Source: Flaccisagitta enflata
Lineage: Eukaryota
Direction: 5' to 3'
NCBI GenBank assembly: GCA_965153355.1
Contig: OZ231126.1
Location: 24,738,001-24,802,000, forward strand
DNA: 64,000 nt
Position numbers and translations under genes: made by a program. A model generated the notes under the pieces. That model was not told the origin of the DNA and did no database searches. It saw nothing but the letters and a program-made list of their open reading frames with translations. Shown one piece after another: positions 26,586 to 40,492 of the stretch. Each line of letters starts with the position of its first letter. Within the stretch, counting starts at the first letter, position 1.

Positions 26586-29146
26586 AACAAGGCTAACTCC
26601 TATAAGTCGCGTGCGAGACATAAAAAACTGAATTGTCCTGACTCCTTATTGTATCTTTTTAATCAACATGACTGAATAGAGAGAAATATAAGAAATGAAT
26701 AAAATGATTTTGTTGACTAGATTGACTTGAATGAATTGATGAATAAATCCGCTTTATGAGGTATTGGAGGCCATGGAAACCCACCTAATTACAGGCTGGG
26801 ACCACTGGAAAAAGTGGTGACTTTTGTAATTGAGTCAAATTAATCAACTCTATCAACCCAATCAATGAAAAATGACTAAACCAGACTTAAACCAGACTTT
26901 AACCAGCAGACCTTAACCAGCAAACTTAAACCAGCAGACTTAAACCAGCAGACTTAAACCAGCAGACTTAAACCAGCAGACTTAAACAAGCAGACTTCAA
27001 CCAGGGCAACCAGCAGACTTAAACAAGCAGACTTGAAATGACATAAATGACCAAAACATACCAAAAAACATAAATGACCAAAACGTACCAAAAAACATAA
27101 ATAACCAAAAAAACAAACAAAAAACAAAAGAACAAAAAAAACAAAAAAAAACAAAAAAAAAAAAACAAAAGCCAAAAGACAAAAAAAAAAACAAAAAAAT
27201 CAAAAAATCAAAAAAACAAAAAACCAAAAACCCAAAACCCAAAACCCAAAGCCAAAAAAACAAAAAACAAAAAACAAAAAACAAAAAACAAAAAAACAAA
27301 AAAACAAAAAAACAAAAAAAAATCCAAGAAAAATAAATGACCAATAAACCAAAAACAAAAACTCAAAAAACAAACAAAAAAACAAACAAAAAACAAATAA
27401 CAAAAAAACAAAAAACAAAAAACAAAAAAACGTTAAAAAACAAAAAAAAAAAATAAAAAACCAAAAAAAACCAAAAAAACAAAAAAAACATCAAAAAAAC
27501 CAAAAACCAATGAACCAAAAAAAAAAACAAAAACCAAAAACACAAAAAAAAAACGACCAAAAACCAATAAACCAAAAACAAAAAACAAAAAACAAAAAGC
27601 AAAAAACAAAAAACAAAAAACAAAAAACAAAAAACAAAAAACAAAAAACAAAAAACAAAAAACAAAAAACAAAAAAAAACAAAAAAAATCAAAGACCAAA
27701 AATCAAAAACCAAAAACCAAAAAACCAAAAGCATAAATGACCAAAACATGCCAAAAAACCATGTTAAATGACCAAAAAACCAAAAACCAAGAACCAAACA
27801 CCAAAAACCAAAAACAAAAAAACAGAAAAGGACCACAACATACCAAACAGGTCGCCCAAGGGCAATATGTGGTCAGCGATACCCATTGCCCTGCTTTGAG
27901 TGATTGTGAATTGGAGTGAGGGGAAGCAGGGCAGCGGCCCCGAAGGGGACGAAGTCCTGTAGAACACAGGGGGACTTTCGTTCATCCTGCCTGAAGAAGT
28001 GGATAAAATGCTATGGAGGGCTTACTGAAGGTCTCCAGGAGCCTAAACTGAGGCCTAAGAGGCTGATATAAGGCCTCAGAATGCTAATCAGAAGCTTTAG
28101 AGGGCTGACTTGAGGCTTGAGAGAGCTGGATTAAGGCTTGAAAGGTTAGAGGACTGATTTGAAGCCTGAGAGCCGTAAATTGAGGCTTAGATAGCTGATT
28201 TGGGGCCAGGTTTGAGGCAGGAGAAGCCTACTTTGAGGCCTGAGAGGCCAGGTTTGAGGCCTGAGAGGTTGGATTTGAGGCCTGAGAGGCTGTATTTGGG
28301 GTCTTAGAGGCTTGATTTGAGGCCTGAGAGGCCAAATTCGAGTCTCAGAGGCCAGATTTGAGGCCTGAGGGGCATGATGAGGGGGGGGACGAAAGAACGA
28401 ACGGACGAACGAACGGACGAACGAAAGTCCCCCTGTGTTCTACAGGACTTCGTCCCCTTCGGGGCCACTGCCCAAAAACCATATTGAATGACCAAAAATG
28501 ACCTGAAATGTCCCCAAAAACCAAAAAACCCAAAAGACCAAGAAACCAAAATACCACAAAAACCAAAAATTAAAAAAAACAAACAAAAAAAAACAAAAAC
28601 CAAAAGCCAAAAAAACAAAAACATAAATGACTAAAACGTACCAAAAAACCATGTTAATTGTCCAAAAACCAAAAACCAAAAAATCAAACCAAAAAATCAA
28701 AAACCAAAAACCAAAAAATCAAAATCAAAAAAACAAAAAACCAAAAAACCAGGAAACCAAAAACCAAAAACCAAAAAAATAAAAACCAAAAACCAAATAA
28801 AAAAAAAAAAGACCAAAACATACCAAAAACCATGATAAATGACCAAAAATGTCCTGAAATGTCCCAAAATGACATAAAATGACTTAAAACTACTTTAAAT
28901 GACACAAATGACTTAAATAAACAAAGTGATGTAAAAGATCAAAAATGACCAAAAATGATCAAAAATGACTTAAACTAACCAAAAATGACCAAAAACAACA
29001 AAAAAATGACTCTAAATAACTCCAGACGACCCAAAATGACCAAAACCCAAAACGACGCAAAAAAGCTAAGTGTTACGGACCGACCGACTGACCGATCGAA
29101 GGACCGACAGAGCGGAATGTAGAGTCGCGTGCACACGACAAAAAAA
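26586..29146 (-). mobile_element. Long HINE family A element filled with A-rich tandem arrays
   Basis: AACAAGGC..AGTCGCGTGC at the left and GACC tract plus AGAGTCGCGTGCACACGACAAAAA at the right. Interior has AACCAGCAGACTTA, AAATGACCAAAA and CAAAAAA arrays. Confidence 0.75.
27846..28477 (-). mobile_element. HINE-like family B element nested in the element above
   Basis: Long subterminal inverted repeat GGGCAGCGGCCCCGAAGGGGACGAAGTCCTGTAGAACACAGGGGGACTTTCGTTC enclosing 21-bp GAGGCCTGAGAGG repeats. Confidence 0.8.
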
Positions 29147-29481
29147 TCTCTCAAAATATTGACATTTTAGCGAGAATACATGGAAAAGTGTTTTTTTATG
29201 GCAACTAGCTATCATGGGGAATTAAGCATCCTTTAATTGGTCTACGATCCAAATATCGCTTCCCTGCCTTCATTTGTTTTTCCACAATGCTCGCCCCCGT
29301 TATCCCAAGTCTAGACGAGATCTACTGTACGTATCCATCGACAAATTTCCCCTGATCAGTCTTTTTGTGTTTGCCTTTATGTGTGTCTTTGGGTCTGTCT
29401 TCGAGTCTCTCTCCCTCTTTCTCTTTCTTTATCTCTTTGTTTGTTTCTGTTTGTGTTTCTGTCTCTGTCTCTGTCTCTGTT

Positions 29482-29597
<116 letters not shown>

Positions 29598-30060
29598 GGC
29601 TATGTTGTGTCTCTTTGAAGTTCTCTCTCCGATCATTTTTCTCTCGCGATTTCTGGCCCAAATTTTCGTGTGTGTGTGGATTGACATTTGAGGATCGACG
29701 GCCTGGCTAACGTTTTTCCCTTCCAAAGATCATTTTTTATCATTTTTGAATACGGTGTGTATAGGTCCCTCGTTTGCCTTGTTTTCAGAATCTATTCTCT
29801 GTGTTCATATGCTTTGTTCTTTTTCTTTTCTCTCTCTCTCTCTCTGTTTTTTTTCTTTCTGACTATGTGTCCTTTTTCTTATGGGTATCAGTCTGTCTAT
29901 AAGACTGTCTCTCTTTTTCTTTCTCTTGTTGTTTGTCCTCTTTCTTTCGGCAAATTTGTCAGTTCTATTTCTTAACATTTTTTATGTCATTGATTATTTT
30001 GTTCCACTTGTTCACTGTCAAGGAAACTTTTTGAAATTGTAACTGTGAGTGAAAAAAAAA

Positions 30061-30571
<511 letters not shown>

Positions 30572-31115
30572 AACATTTATTCAAAAGCCGCCTCTTACCT
30601 TCGTAATAGCTTTGAGGAGTACGAACGAAATAATAGGTTGACCGCCCGACTGACCATTGTGATAAGCGTAAAGAGTCCCTCTATGCGCATGGTTAAACGA
30701 TTAGCTTTGGAAAAGCAGAAGACGCGCTTAAGGTATGTATCATTGGGAGAATTCAGAGTTCTTACAACAAATGGAGTTTTTGACAAGCAGGCAAAAAACG
30801 CTCTTCAGGTTACTTGAAAATAAAGGTATATTTTTTAAAGACAAGTGAACTTGACAATTTGAAGAAAAATTATAGATGCACATGACAAAGTAAACTTCAC
30901 TTTTACTTCATTTTTTTAAATTAGAAGTAGTCGTGAGAATGAATTATGAATTATGTGATGGGTAAACGTGAGGAAGCCGTTGATGTTTTTTGTTTGTTTC
31001 AGGGAATTACTCGTTTAATGTGAGAGTGTGAAAATCGAGAACGTAGATGTACATAATTACATAATCATACAGTTACAAAATCAAATGATTACATAGTTAC
31101 ATTGTTACATTGATA

Positions 31116-31692
31116 ACAGGGTGTGCACAAAATTTCGTACTAGCCATCAAATCTATAGAAAAGAAACCTTGATTTGACAAAATTCTTTCATGTTAATGTT
31201 CAAAACTACGAAAAAAGTTATTTTCCATACTTTAGATAAGGAAAAATGATGAATGGTAGACAGTAGAATACGTTTTTAGAACAACAGGGATGTAAGTAGA
31301 AAGTCGCAAAAGATTTCTTTTTTTGGTGAAAAAAACATTTATCTGGTCTAATTTTGATTGACATATCACGTTTGTTGGCTAAAACCCCTCCTAGATGACC
31401 TAACTCCCCTGATACATTTATTCTCAAACAATCCATCGAGGGGTCAACAAAGTTGCAAAAATCTTCATTTTTAATAAACACAGCTCTACAAAAAATTCAT
31501 GTCAAAATCTGATTTCCTGTTTTTTCTTTAGTACATGTCAAGGCCATGTATGGAAATTACATCAGATATTCTTAGTTTCTAACTTTAGTATGACTAACTG
31601 AGATACTCTGGTTCAAATTTTAGCTCATTACTTCCATAACAAGTATGGTTTTCAACCTATAGAGCAAGTACGAATTTTTTTGCTCACCCTGT
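31116..31692. mobile_element. TA-flanked MITE inserted in a TTACAT-rich tract
   Basis: TA|ACAGGGTGTGCACAAAATTTCGTACT ... AGTACGAATTTTTTGCTCACCCTGT|TA. Confidence 0.8.
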
Positions 31693-32624
31693 TACATAAT
31701 TACATGATAACATGATTACATTATTACAATTACAAAAGACCTAAAATTGAGGCTATAATTCAATATTGTTACGGACGGACGGATGAATAGATTGACCGAT
31801 GGATGAACGGATGGGAGAACGGAAGGATGGACGGATGGAGAGGAGAACAGATGGAAGGACGGACGGTTGGATGCACGCAAGGACGCATACACAATTTGGC
31901 CGACAAATGGAAACGCGAATGTTCATTCTCATTTAACTGTATGAAAGTTGGACAACATTACTACCCAACTCTTACCAAGCCAAGGGTGAGAGTACTACTC
32001 AAGATGCAGATTTCCGATTTACGATCGGACTTTTGGTCTTTACCAACACCGGGTATTGACGGGAGTCTTCATGCAATGTCCAATTGTGGTCATTACGTTG
32101 ATCATAAAATGCCAAATCTAGGAATCTAGCGTCACACCTCCAGAAACTTTTTTGCTTAGCAGTGCGCGCGTGTTGGATCGTGGGTATCATTGAGTTGGTT
32201 CTACATTGCCTTTTTTTTTGGCCAAGCCCTCGGTCGTCAATATTGCGCGAGTTCGATTTACTGTTGTACTGCGACCGTGGTCTTTGTGGTCGTAGCGTCG
32301 GTCTTGGACCGTGATTGTGGTCGCGGATAGTGATTGTGGTCGCTGTGGTCGTGGCGGTGGTCGGGGAAGGATTGGATGAAGTTGGCGGCAGAGAGGCGCT
32401 CTCGAGGCGCTTCGGAGGCGGTCTGGCGAACAGGTCTTTGGCATGACAAATTGATTCTTTCACAGTGGATGAATCCAACTTTGAGCCCCAGCCTCCCAGA
32501 TAGAAAAAGAGGAGAAATGCAAGGACGATGGAGGAGGAGCCGCGAGAGCCAGCCTAAGCGAGAGAAAAATGTGGGAGAGAATACTCAGTAAAGTTATGTG
32601 GAAGGGGAAAAAAAGAGAAAGTGT

Positions 32625-32677
32625 AAAGAAGAAGAAGAAGAGGAAGGAGAAGAAGAAGAAGGAGAAGAAGAAGAAAT

Positions 32678-32708
<31 letters not shown>

Positions 32709-33160
32709 AGGAAGAGGAAGAAGAAGAAGAAGAAGAAGAAGAAGAAGAAGAAGAAGAAGAAGAAGAAGAAGAAATGAAGAAATGAAGAAAAGGAAGAAGA
32801 AATGAAGAAATGAAGAAAAGGAAGAAGAAGGAGAAGGAGAAGGAGAAGGAGAAGAAGAAGAAGAAGAAGGAGAAGGAGAAGGAGAAGGAGAAGAACAAGA
32901 GGAAGGAGAAGAAAAGGAAGTAGTAGCAGAAGAAGAAGAAAAGAAAAAATTGAAAAAAGAGGCGAATATGAAGGAGAAAGAAAGGGTAAAGGAAGGAGAT
33001 GTAAATAGAAAGACCGAAATGAATAATAAGAACAAGAGCAAGAAGAACATGAGGAACAAAAACTAGGAGGTAAATAGAAAGCCTGGAGGCGCCAAGTGGG
33101 AGGAAAAAGGAGGTAGAGGAGAGGGGGAGGAGGAGGAGGAGGAGAAGGAGAAGGAGCGGA
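32625..33160. repeat. (GAA)/(GGA) purine-rich low-complexity tract
   Basis: Direct reading. Confidence 0.9.
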
Positions 33161-33709
33161 TTGAAGACAGAATACCAATGCGAGGGTGGTAGAAAAGCCC
33201 TCGATGAGTGGAAAGCTAGCAAGGAGCGTAAATTGTGTGTTTGTCATTGTGGATTATATTGCTAGCTCAAGTGGAACCTTTATACTAATTGTCATGACGG
33301 GTCTTAGATAAAAAGGAAAAGAAAAGAATACAGAGGCCAAATAAAAAGCTGTACCGGCTACCTGCTTGTCAGCTTAGGAAGTCTTACTGATACTGATGTC
33401 TGTGTCAGATATTGAGGAATCATAACCGCATAACAAAAAGCTAGTGAGGAATGAGTAATAGGGGACCGACATGATTAGCAAATCTATGCAACGGCCAATG
33501 GGCCTACGGTACCAATGCTAGTTCCATTGTTCGATTTCGTTTACTTATGATTATTGGATTCCCATTCATGCAGTATATGGACATGGTTCATGGACTATAG
33601 GTATTTCAGTCACCTAAAGTTGGGCAGGAATAGAAGAAACCTAATTGAATCGATTCATTTTTATCCTCTCTCTCTCTCTCTCTCTCTTTGTCCTTACTTT
33701 CTTATGCAG

Positions 33710-33812
33710 ACACTGTGAACGGCGTGGAGACAAAGCGTGCCAGGACATCTTACACTCGTTATCAGACGCTGGAATTGGAGAAAGAGTTTCACTTTAATCG
33801 TTATTTGACGAG
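33710..33812 (+). CDS. Scr: Scr/Hox5-class homeobox gene, internal exon: linker plus homeodomain residues 1-28 ([35 protein letters not shown])
   Basis: Manual translation. The exon follows a pyrimidine tract ending ttatgcag (acceptor AG 33708-33709) and ends at a canonical AG|gtaaga donor (33812|33813). The [31 protein letters not shown] peptide matches the Scr linker, N-terminal arm and helix 1. Confidence 0.93.
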
Positions 33813-34354
33813 GTAAGAGATTTTCCTTGGCGATAAAGGACTCCCTTGTGTAGTCTCCCATCGCGTCCCGCTAATGGATACATTTTCCCGGCCGTTCAGA
33901 GGAGGCCTCTGGGATACTTGTACTCCGTCCCACATATGCCGTGGCTCTCAAAGGATCTGATCCTGACGCCCTTCATGTACCACGCGGTTAAAAAAATGAA
34001 TCACTTTTAAATAAATAATTTTGCCCTTTAAGCCCTATAACATTTCTTTCATATGGCGTTAATCTGGTATTGCTATCCTATTTCGTATAGAAACGGCATT
34101 AGTTTAAATGATAACATTTTCCTTTGTAGTATGGCAATCCCTTCATAAAAGATGCAATTTAGAAAAACAGACGTTTTCTTTGGAGGGCTCCAGCTTCTAT
34201 AATTAATAGATGTTTGTATCAATTGATAAATAGATACACCTTTTTTTTTATTGTGTGTTACATGAAATTGATCTTACATCAGTCGCTTCACGTTTCAATA
34301 ACAAAATTAAAACATTTTTTTTCAACCTGTCTCATGGGCTTACCTCCTTTCATA

Positions 34355-34510
34355 AACAAGGCCGGATACACAAGACAGTGCGTAGGGGCAGTGATACAAA
34401 AACCGCTCAGAATTCAAAATGTTACAGACAGACGGAGGGACAGACCGACCGACCGACCGACCGAACGACCAACACAGGAAGGTGTCGAGACGCGTGTCCA
34501 CGACTAAAAA
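34355..34510 (-). mobile_element. HINE family A copy inside the homeobox intron
   Basis: AACAAGGCCGGATACAC...GACC tract...CGCGTGTCCACGACTAAAAA. Confidence 0.7.
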
Positions 34511-34617
34511 TGTCTCCATCCCATCTCTTTTTTGATCGGATTATCATCTTTGTTCTCTGTTCTATCCATCCTGTTGGAAAGGCACTCAAGTTTCTTTATG
34601 TTCCCACTCCCCACATC

Positions 34618-34880
34618 CCACTTAAAACTTATCACTTACCACTTACCACTCATCACTTACCACTTACCACTTACCACTCACTACTCCCCACCTATCACTT
34701 AGACAATTGCCACTTGCCACTTACCACTTACCACTTACCACTCACTACTCCCCACTTATCACTTACCACTTACCATTCATCACTTACCACTTACCACTTA
34801 CCACTCACTACTCCCCACTTATCACTTACCACTTACCACTTACCACTCCCCACTTCCTACCATGATAAACCACTTCCCAC
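34618..34880. repeat. CTTACCA-type minisatellite in the homeobox intron
   Basis: Degenerate 7-bp repeats. Confidence 0.85.
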
Positions 34881-35468
34881 CATGGTTAACCGTATTCCGC
34901 CTTTAAGGAAGCAGAAAACTCTGGTTCATATTTCTTGGCAATGACCTTTTTTGAGTTACCTGAATCTTGAATTCAACTACGATTAATGCATTTTTGTCCT
35001 TCTCGGTCAAGTCAAGAGGGCAAAACTTCCTCTTCTTACTTCTTCCGACATAATTTTTTTCTTCTTGAGCGTACACGCGACTCTATTGAAGATAGTAGAT
35101 TCTTCGCAATTTCATTTGGTCACATACAAACCGGGTGTTACAGAAAGTTCCATTAACGCAAAATGAATATGAAGAAAATTCCAATTTTGTTATCCTTTCA
35201 TCTTTCACGTCATCCTACGCTTTTTGAGAAAAAAAATCATTTGACATCGTTTGCTCTGTTTAAGTGCGAAAAGGTTATCAAATAGATACACCCAATGCCC
35301 TGGCGTGATAGGTAATACATACTAAGATTAGTTCCTGCTCTCATCTTACCGCATTTTCACTAGGTTCACTCCACCTCTTTCAGCCGAAAAGTGAAACAAC
35401 CATCTCCTAACCTTCCTCATCCCCCTCAAAACCCCCACCCATTCTTTTTTTCTCCGATTTTACACAAG

Positions 35469-35646
35469 ACGTCGCCGTATCGAGATTGCACACGCTTTGG
35501 GCCTGACCGAGCGGCAAATTAAGATATGGTTCCAAAATCGGCGAATGAAGTGGAAGAAGGAGCACAAGATGGCGGCGGTCCACATGGGATTCCAACACGG
35601 CATGGACTGTGACCCGCTCGCAGCCGCACACTCGCAACTCATGTGA
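35469..35646 (+). CDS. Scr: Scr/Hox5-class homeobox gene, 3' exon: (R)[58 protein letters not shown]
   Basis: Acceptor ...tttacacaag| follows a pyrimidine tract. Splicing AG+A restores Arg28 in frame and gives a complete 60-aa Antp-class homeodomain. KKEHKMA after WFQNRRMKW is the Scr signature. TGA at 35644-35646 (possible extra donor noted in findings). Confidence 0.93.
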
Positions 35647-35694
35647 GTAATCAAACTGGAGATGGATGGAGGGCTCGAGGGAGGAATTTGGGGA

Positions 35695-36175
35695 AGGATG
35701 GATGGATGGATGGATGGATGGATGGATGGATGGATGGATGGATGGATGGATGGATGGATGGATGGATGGATGGATGGATGGATGGATGGATGGATGGATG
35801 GATGGATGGATGGATGGATGGATGGATGGATGGAAAGATGAGTGAATGGATGGATGAATGAATGGAGGGATGGATGGCAGGATTGATTGATGAATGGGTG
35901 AACGGATGGAAGGATGAATGGATGGATGGATGGATAAGAGGATGGATGGATGGATGGATGGATGGATGGGTGATGGATGGAAGGAAGGATGAATGAATTG
36001 GTGTCTGGATGGATGGATTGATGGATTAATGGATTGATGAATTGATGGATGGATGGAAAGATGAGTGAATGGAAATATGGATAAATGGATGGAAAGATGG
36101 ATGGAAAGATGAGTGAATGGAGGGATGAATAACTGGAGGGATGGATGAATGGATGGATGGATGAATGAATTGATG
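35695..36175. repeat. (GGAT)n microsatellite
   Basis: Direct reading. Confidence 0.95.
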
Positions 36176-39093
36176 GGAGTATGATTAAAAACACGCGCCA
36201 ATTATACGGTAACCGAGTATATATAGCACCAACAACTCTGTAGGTGTAAATAACTCAATCATGCTATTGCAGAAGTTCTTATAATGTGATACTTGAAGAG
36301 GAAACATTACTTTTCAAGCAGAATTTCTTTTACGTTCATCTCTCCTATCTTACTTGTAGAGAGAGCTAAACGATAGCCATTTCGCTTTCTTACACAAAAA
36401 GAGTAAAGAAAAAAATCTCGTTGCATTGAAAGGAGAGTTATTGCTCGTTTTATCCGGATGTTTTATTGCATGTAACGATTTCCCAGTGCAGCGTTCATCT
36501 TCTTTTCACTTGGCTCACGCCTGGTTTCTTGGCTTCCCAATTCTTGAGCTATGTCACGGTGCGCTGATTTCTACGATTTTGACCACACATCTTCTTTCTG
36601 TTGAAGAATGTAAACGGTGCACCGATATCTGCGATTGTGACCATACCCCTACTCAATCTTGACGCTTCTTCTTTGTCTCAAGAAATGTCATTGTCTTCTT
36701 CCTCACACAAAAAATGTTAAACTGCTACGTTGTTTCAGGAATGCCAACATTTCTTCACGTATGCTTCTGATTGTGAACAACCGCAGTCAATGTCAGAGCA
36801 TCTTGATGTTGACAATGAACATTTTTAGAGGTTCAAGGGAGGTGAATACAACTGTAACGATTCGTGTAACATGACATCACATTCTTTCTTTCTATATTCC
36901 CTCTCTGTCTTTTTTCCCCTTTCTTTTTTGCCTCTTTCACTCTGTTTTTCTTTTTTTTTTTTCTTTTCTTTCTCCGATTTCCATTTTTTTTCCATTCTTC
37001 CTTTTCCTTCTTCGCCATCTCTAAATCCATCGACAGTTAGCATCTTGTCTTTGGCTTCCAGCTTCGGCCTCAGCCTCTCCTTTCTTGGCTCGCAGCTTTT
37101 CTCCCGGCCATCGGTCCTCCGCCGCCGCCGTTGCTGCCGCTTTATCTGCCACTGCCTCTGCCCCCATCGCTGCAGCCACCCCCACCACCACCACCACCAC
37201 CATCGCCACCACCGGAATGGCCGGATAACAAATGATGTTGGAATTGTTTTAAGCCTAATGATGATGATTCCAAGATGCACTGGATTTCCTCCGGCTTTTC
37301 TTTTTCTTCTTTTTTTTTTTGGATCGCTTCCTTTTATCCCTCTTTTCTTTTGGACAGCGACCTCAATTTTTTTTTCTTACTGTGTTATTCTTTATGTAAG
37401 CTTTCTCTGTGTCTAAATTCTGAGAATCGTAATGAAAGAGGCACACCCTTAGGCTACACAAGCATTCATGATTTGGGTATTTTTCCTCGACTGAATTCTG
37501 AGGAATGCATGGGCAGACTTCGTATAACACCATTCACCAGTTGAAAACATGTGACCATCCTTTCGCAGCATCCTTGTTTGTCAGACCTAACCTCCCCTGA
37601 TCTTGTCAATGTCTGCTCGCACAAGGGAACTGCTGACAATTATCAGCTTTTCCAGGCTGCTTTTCAGAATGATTTTGGAAAGCCCGGGGTACTTAATGCG
37701 TAATGATTTTACAATTCTGAAGTAAAGCCATTCGTAACATTCATACAATTTCATACAATCTTTTTCTTCTTCCACTCTTTTCTCTCTGTCATATCTCATC
37801 TCTCTGTCCCTTGTGAAACGCCAAGCATACCATACCACATTTCAACGGACCACTCCAATTTGAAAACGGATCTCCTTTTTGTTGTCTTATCATTTGGTTA
37901 TTTAGTGATTGATGATTTTTGATTTTGAGATTCATTAAGATTAAAAACCCCATTTTAAAATCTTTTTACTTTATTGTCTTCCTCCTCACGCTTTTATTCA
38001 TGCTTTCTAAATGGAATGAAAATTAGGTGGACCATGCAATCCGGCTGGTAAGAAAGATAATTGTGATATTGTAGTAGTAATGGCGATTAAAAACTTTACA
38101 TGAGATGATAAAAATGATGCTCTCCAGTATTTTTAATTGCATAGAAAAAATAAATGAATAAATCAATAATTGCGGATGCCACTCATCCTTGGACCTTTGG
38201 CAACTTTCCTTGGATGAATTGCAAAGCCTTTTCTATAGTTACGTACCAATTGACAGTTTTTCTTTTTACTTTTATAATCTAGTTCGTGATGATAATTCTT
38301 CTCATCTTAAGATCCATGAATGATCTGTGAATTGTTTTTTTTTCCTCATTCAACAGCTCTTACTACTGATGAAGCAATTCTTCGGAGAAATGCACGATTT
38401 ACGATTTCATATCAACTTCAAAAACAAACCAAAAATGGCGAAGAAATAAAGTACAACGTGCGCAGACAAGTGTGCGCTTCATGCGTGCGCGAATATGCGT
38501 GCTCAAGTGCGGCTCAAGTGCTTGCTCGTGTGTAAGTTTTCGAAAAATCGAAAATCGAGAATTTTTTTTCTTTTTTACCAAATAACTTTCCTTTCGACTA
38601 TTATCACGCATTGTAACAGTCACTGGGCATCAGTAATAGCGTTTTATTTTTCAAAAATGAAAGAGGGAAAGAAAATGTGTCGATGATTTCAGAAATATAG
38701 GATATCCTTGGTAAGATCATCTACTTTTCAAACAACAATTATGAATTCTGTAACCGGTGCCATTATTTTTGTCAAGTGTATGGAGCATATTCACTCATCG
38801 TTAACAATTATGGTAATTCTTATTTTAGTTTAACGCGACATCTTTGAGGTTGAAAATGTCTTGTATCGATGCGTGATAATTCGAAGTGGGCGTTGATGTC
38901 TTCTCCATCATCGTCATGTGTGAATTTGACTTTGACGCCGCAAAAGTCTTTAAAAAGGCCCGCCATCATGATTGCATTCATGGGCCGCATCTTGCCATTC
39001 CTTCTCTCCACTCGGAAGCCGATCTCAATGCATCATTTTAGTCCCTTATTTGAATAATGTCACGAATCAGCTTGTAAGTTGAATGAGAATGAA

Positions 39094-39930
<837 letters not shown>

Positions 39931-40492
39931 TCTGTATGTTTCTTCCTTCCTTCCCAAGAGCAGACTCGCTGTCTCCATCAAGCCTACTTCTCTCCCTTAC
40001 TCCCTCCATTCAACCCCCACATCATCCACCCCTCGTTTTTCTTTTTTCTTGTATCTGAGGGTCTTTTATCTCTCACATCGTTTATTGCTTTTCCTTATGC
40101 GCCTCTGGCATTACACGGTATAGAAATGAAATCAAACTGATATACATACACGAGAATCGTTAGGAATTATTCTTCTTTTTCTGCTGTTTTCTTTCAAAGG
40201 CATATCTGAGATGTTGACATGTCATATGGGGTTTAAATTCGAAAACAAGCAAAGACAAGCACAAACAAAAAATGTTGATTAGACTTAGGCATGAGTTAAA
40301 GTTATGTGTCGAATCATTCAAATTAATGTGCGAATGTTGTAATTTTGTACAAATCATGGGTGGCGGATTTTGAGGGTGACGCAATTGATCCATCCGTTCA
40401 TCCGTCCTTCCGTCCATGGGCGTTAATGAACAGCTTTTACAGCAACATTCTCATCTAACCTTTCGGAGAAACCAATGATCCCTGCCCGACTA

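Larger units (their letters stand above)
26269..29263. mobile_element. Foldback MITE (~430 bp) interrupted by a 2.5-kb nested insertion
   Basis: The left arm GGAGAGTGATATTTG...GATGCTT...CCCATGATA...GTTGCCAT is the inverse of 29146-29263. Central hairpin at ~26400-26585. Confidence 0.75.
33813..35468 (+). other. 1,656-bp GT-AG phase-2 intron inside the homeobox (codon 28)
   Basis: gtaaga...tttacacaag. Removing it gives exactly [12 protein letters not shown]. Confidence 0.9.

Noticed and set aside
32365-32385. KDWMKL as a hexapeptide exon; also FPWMN at ~38205
   Set aside because: Not YPWM, and no suitable phase-1 donor seen nearby. The second lies downstream of the homeobox.
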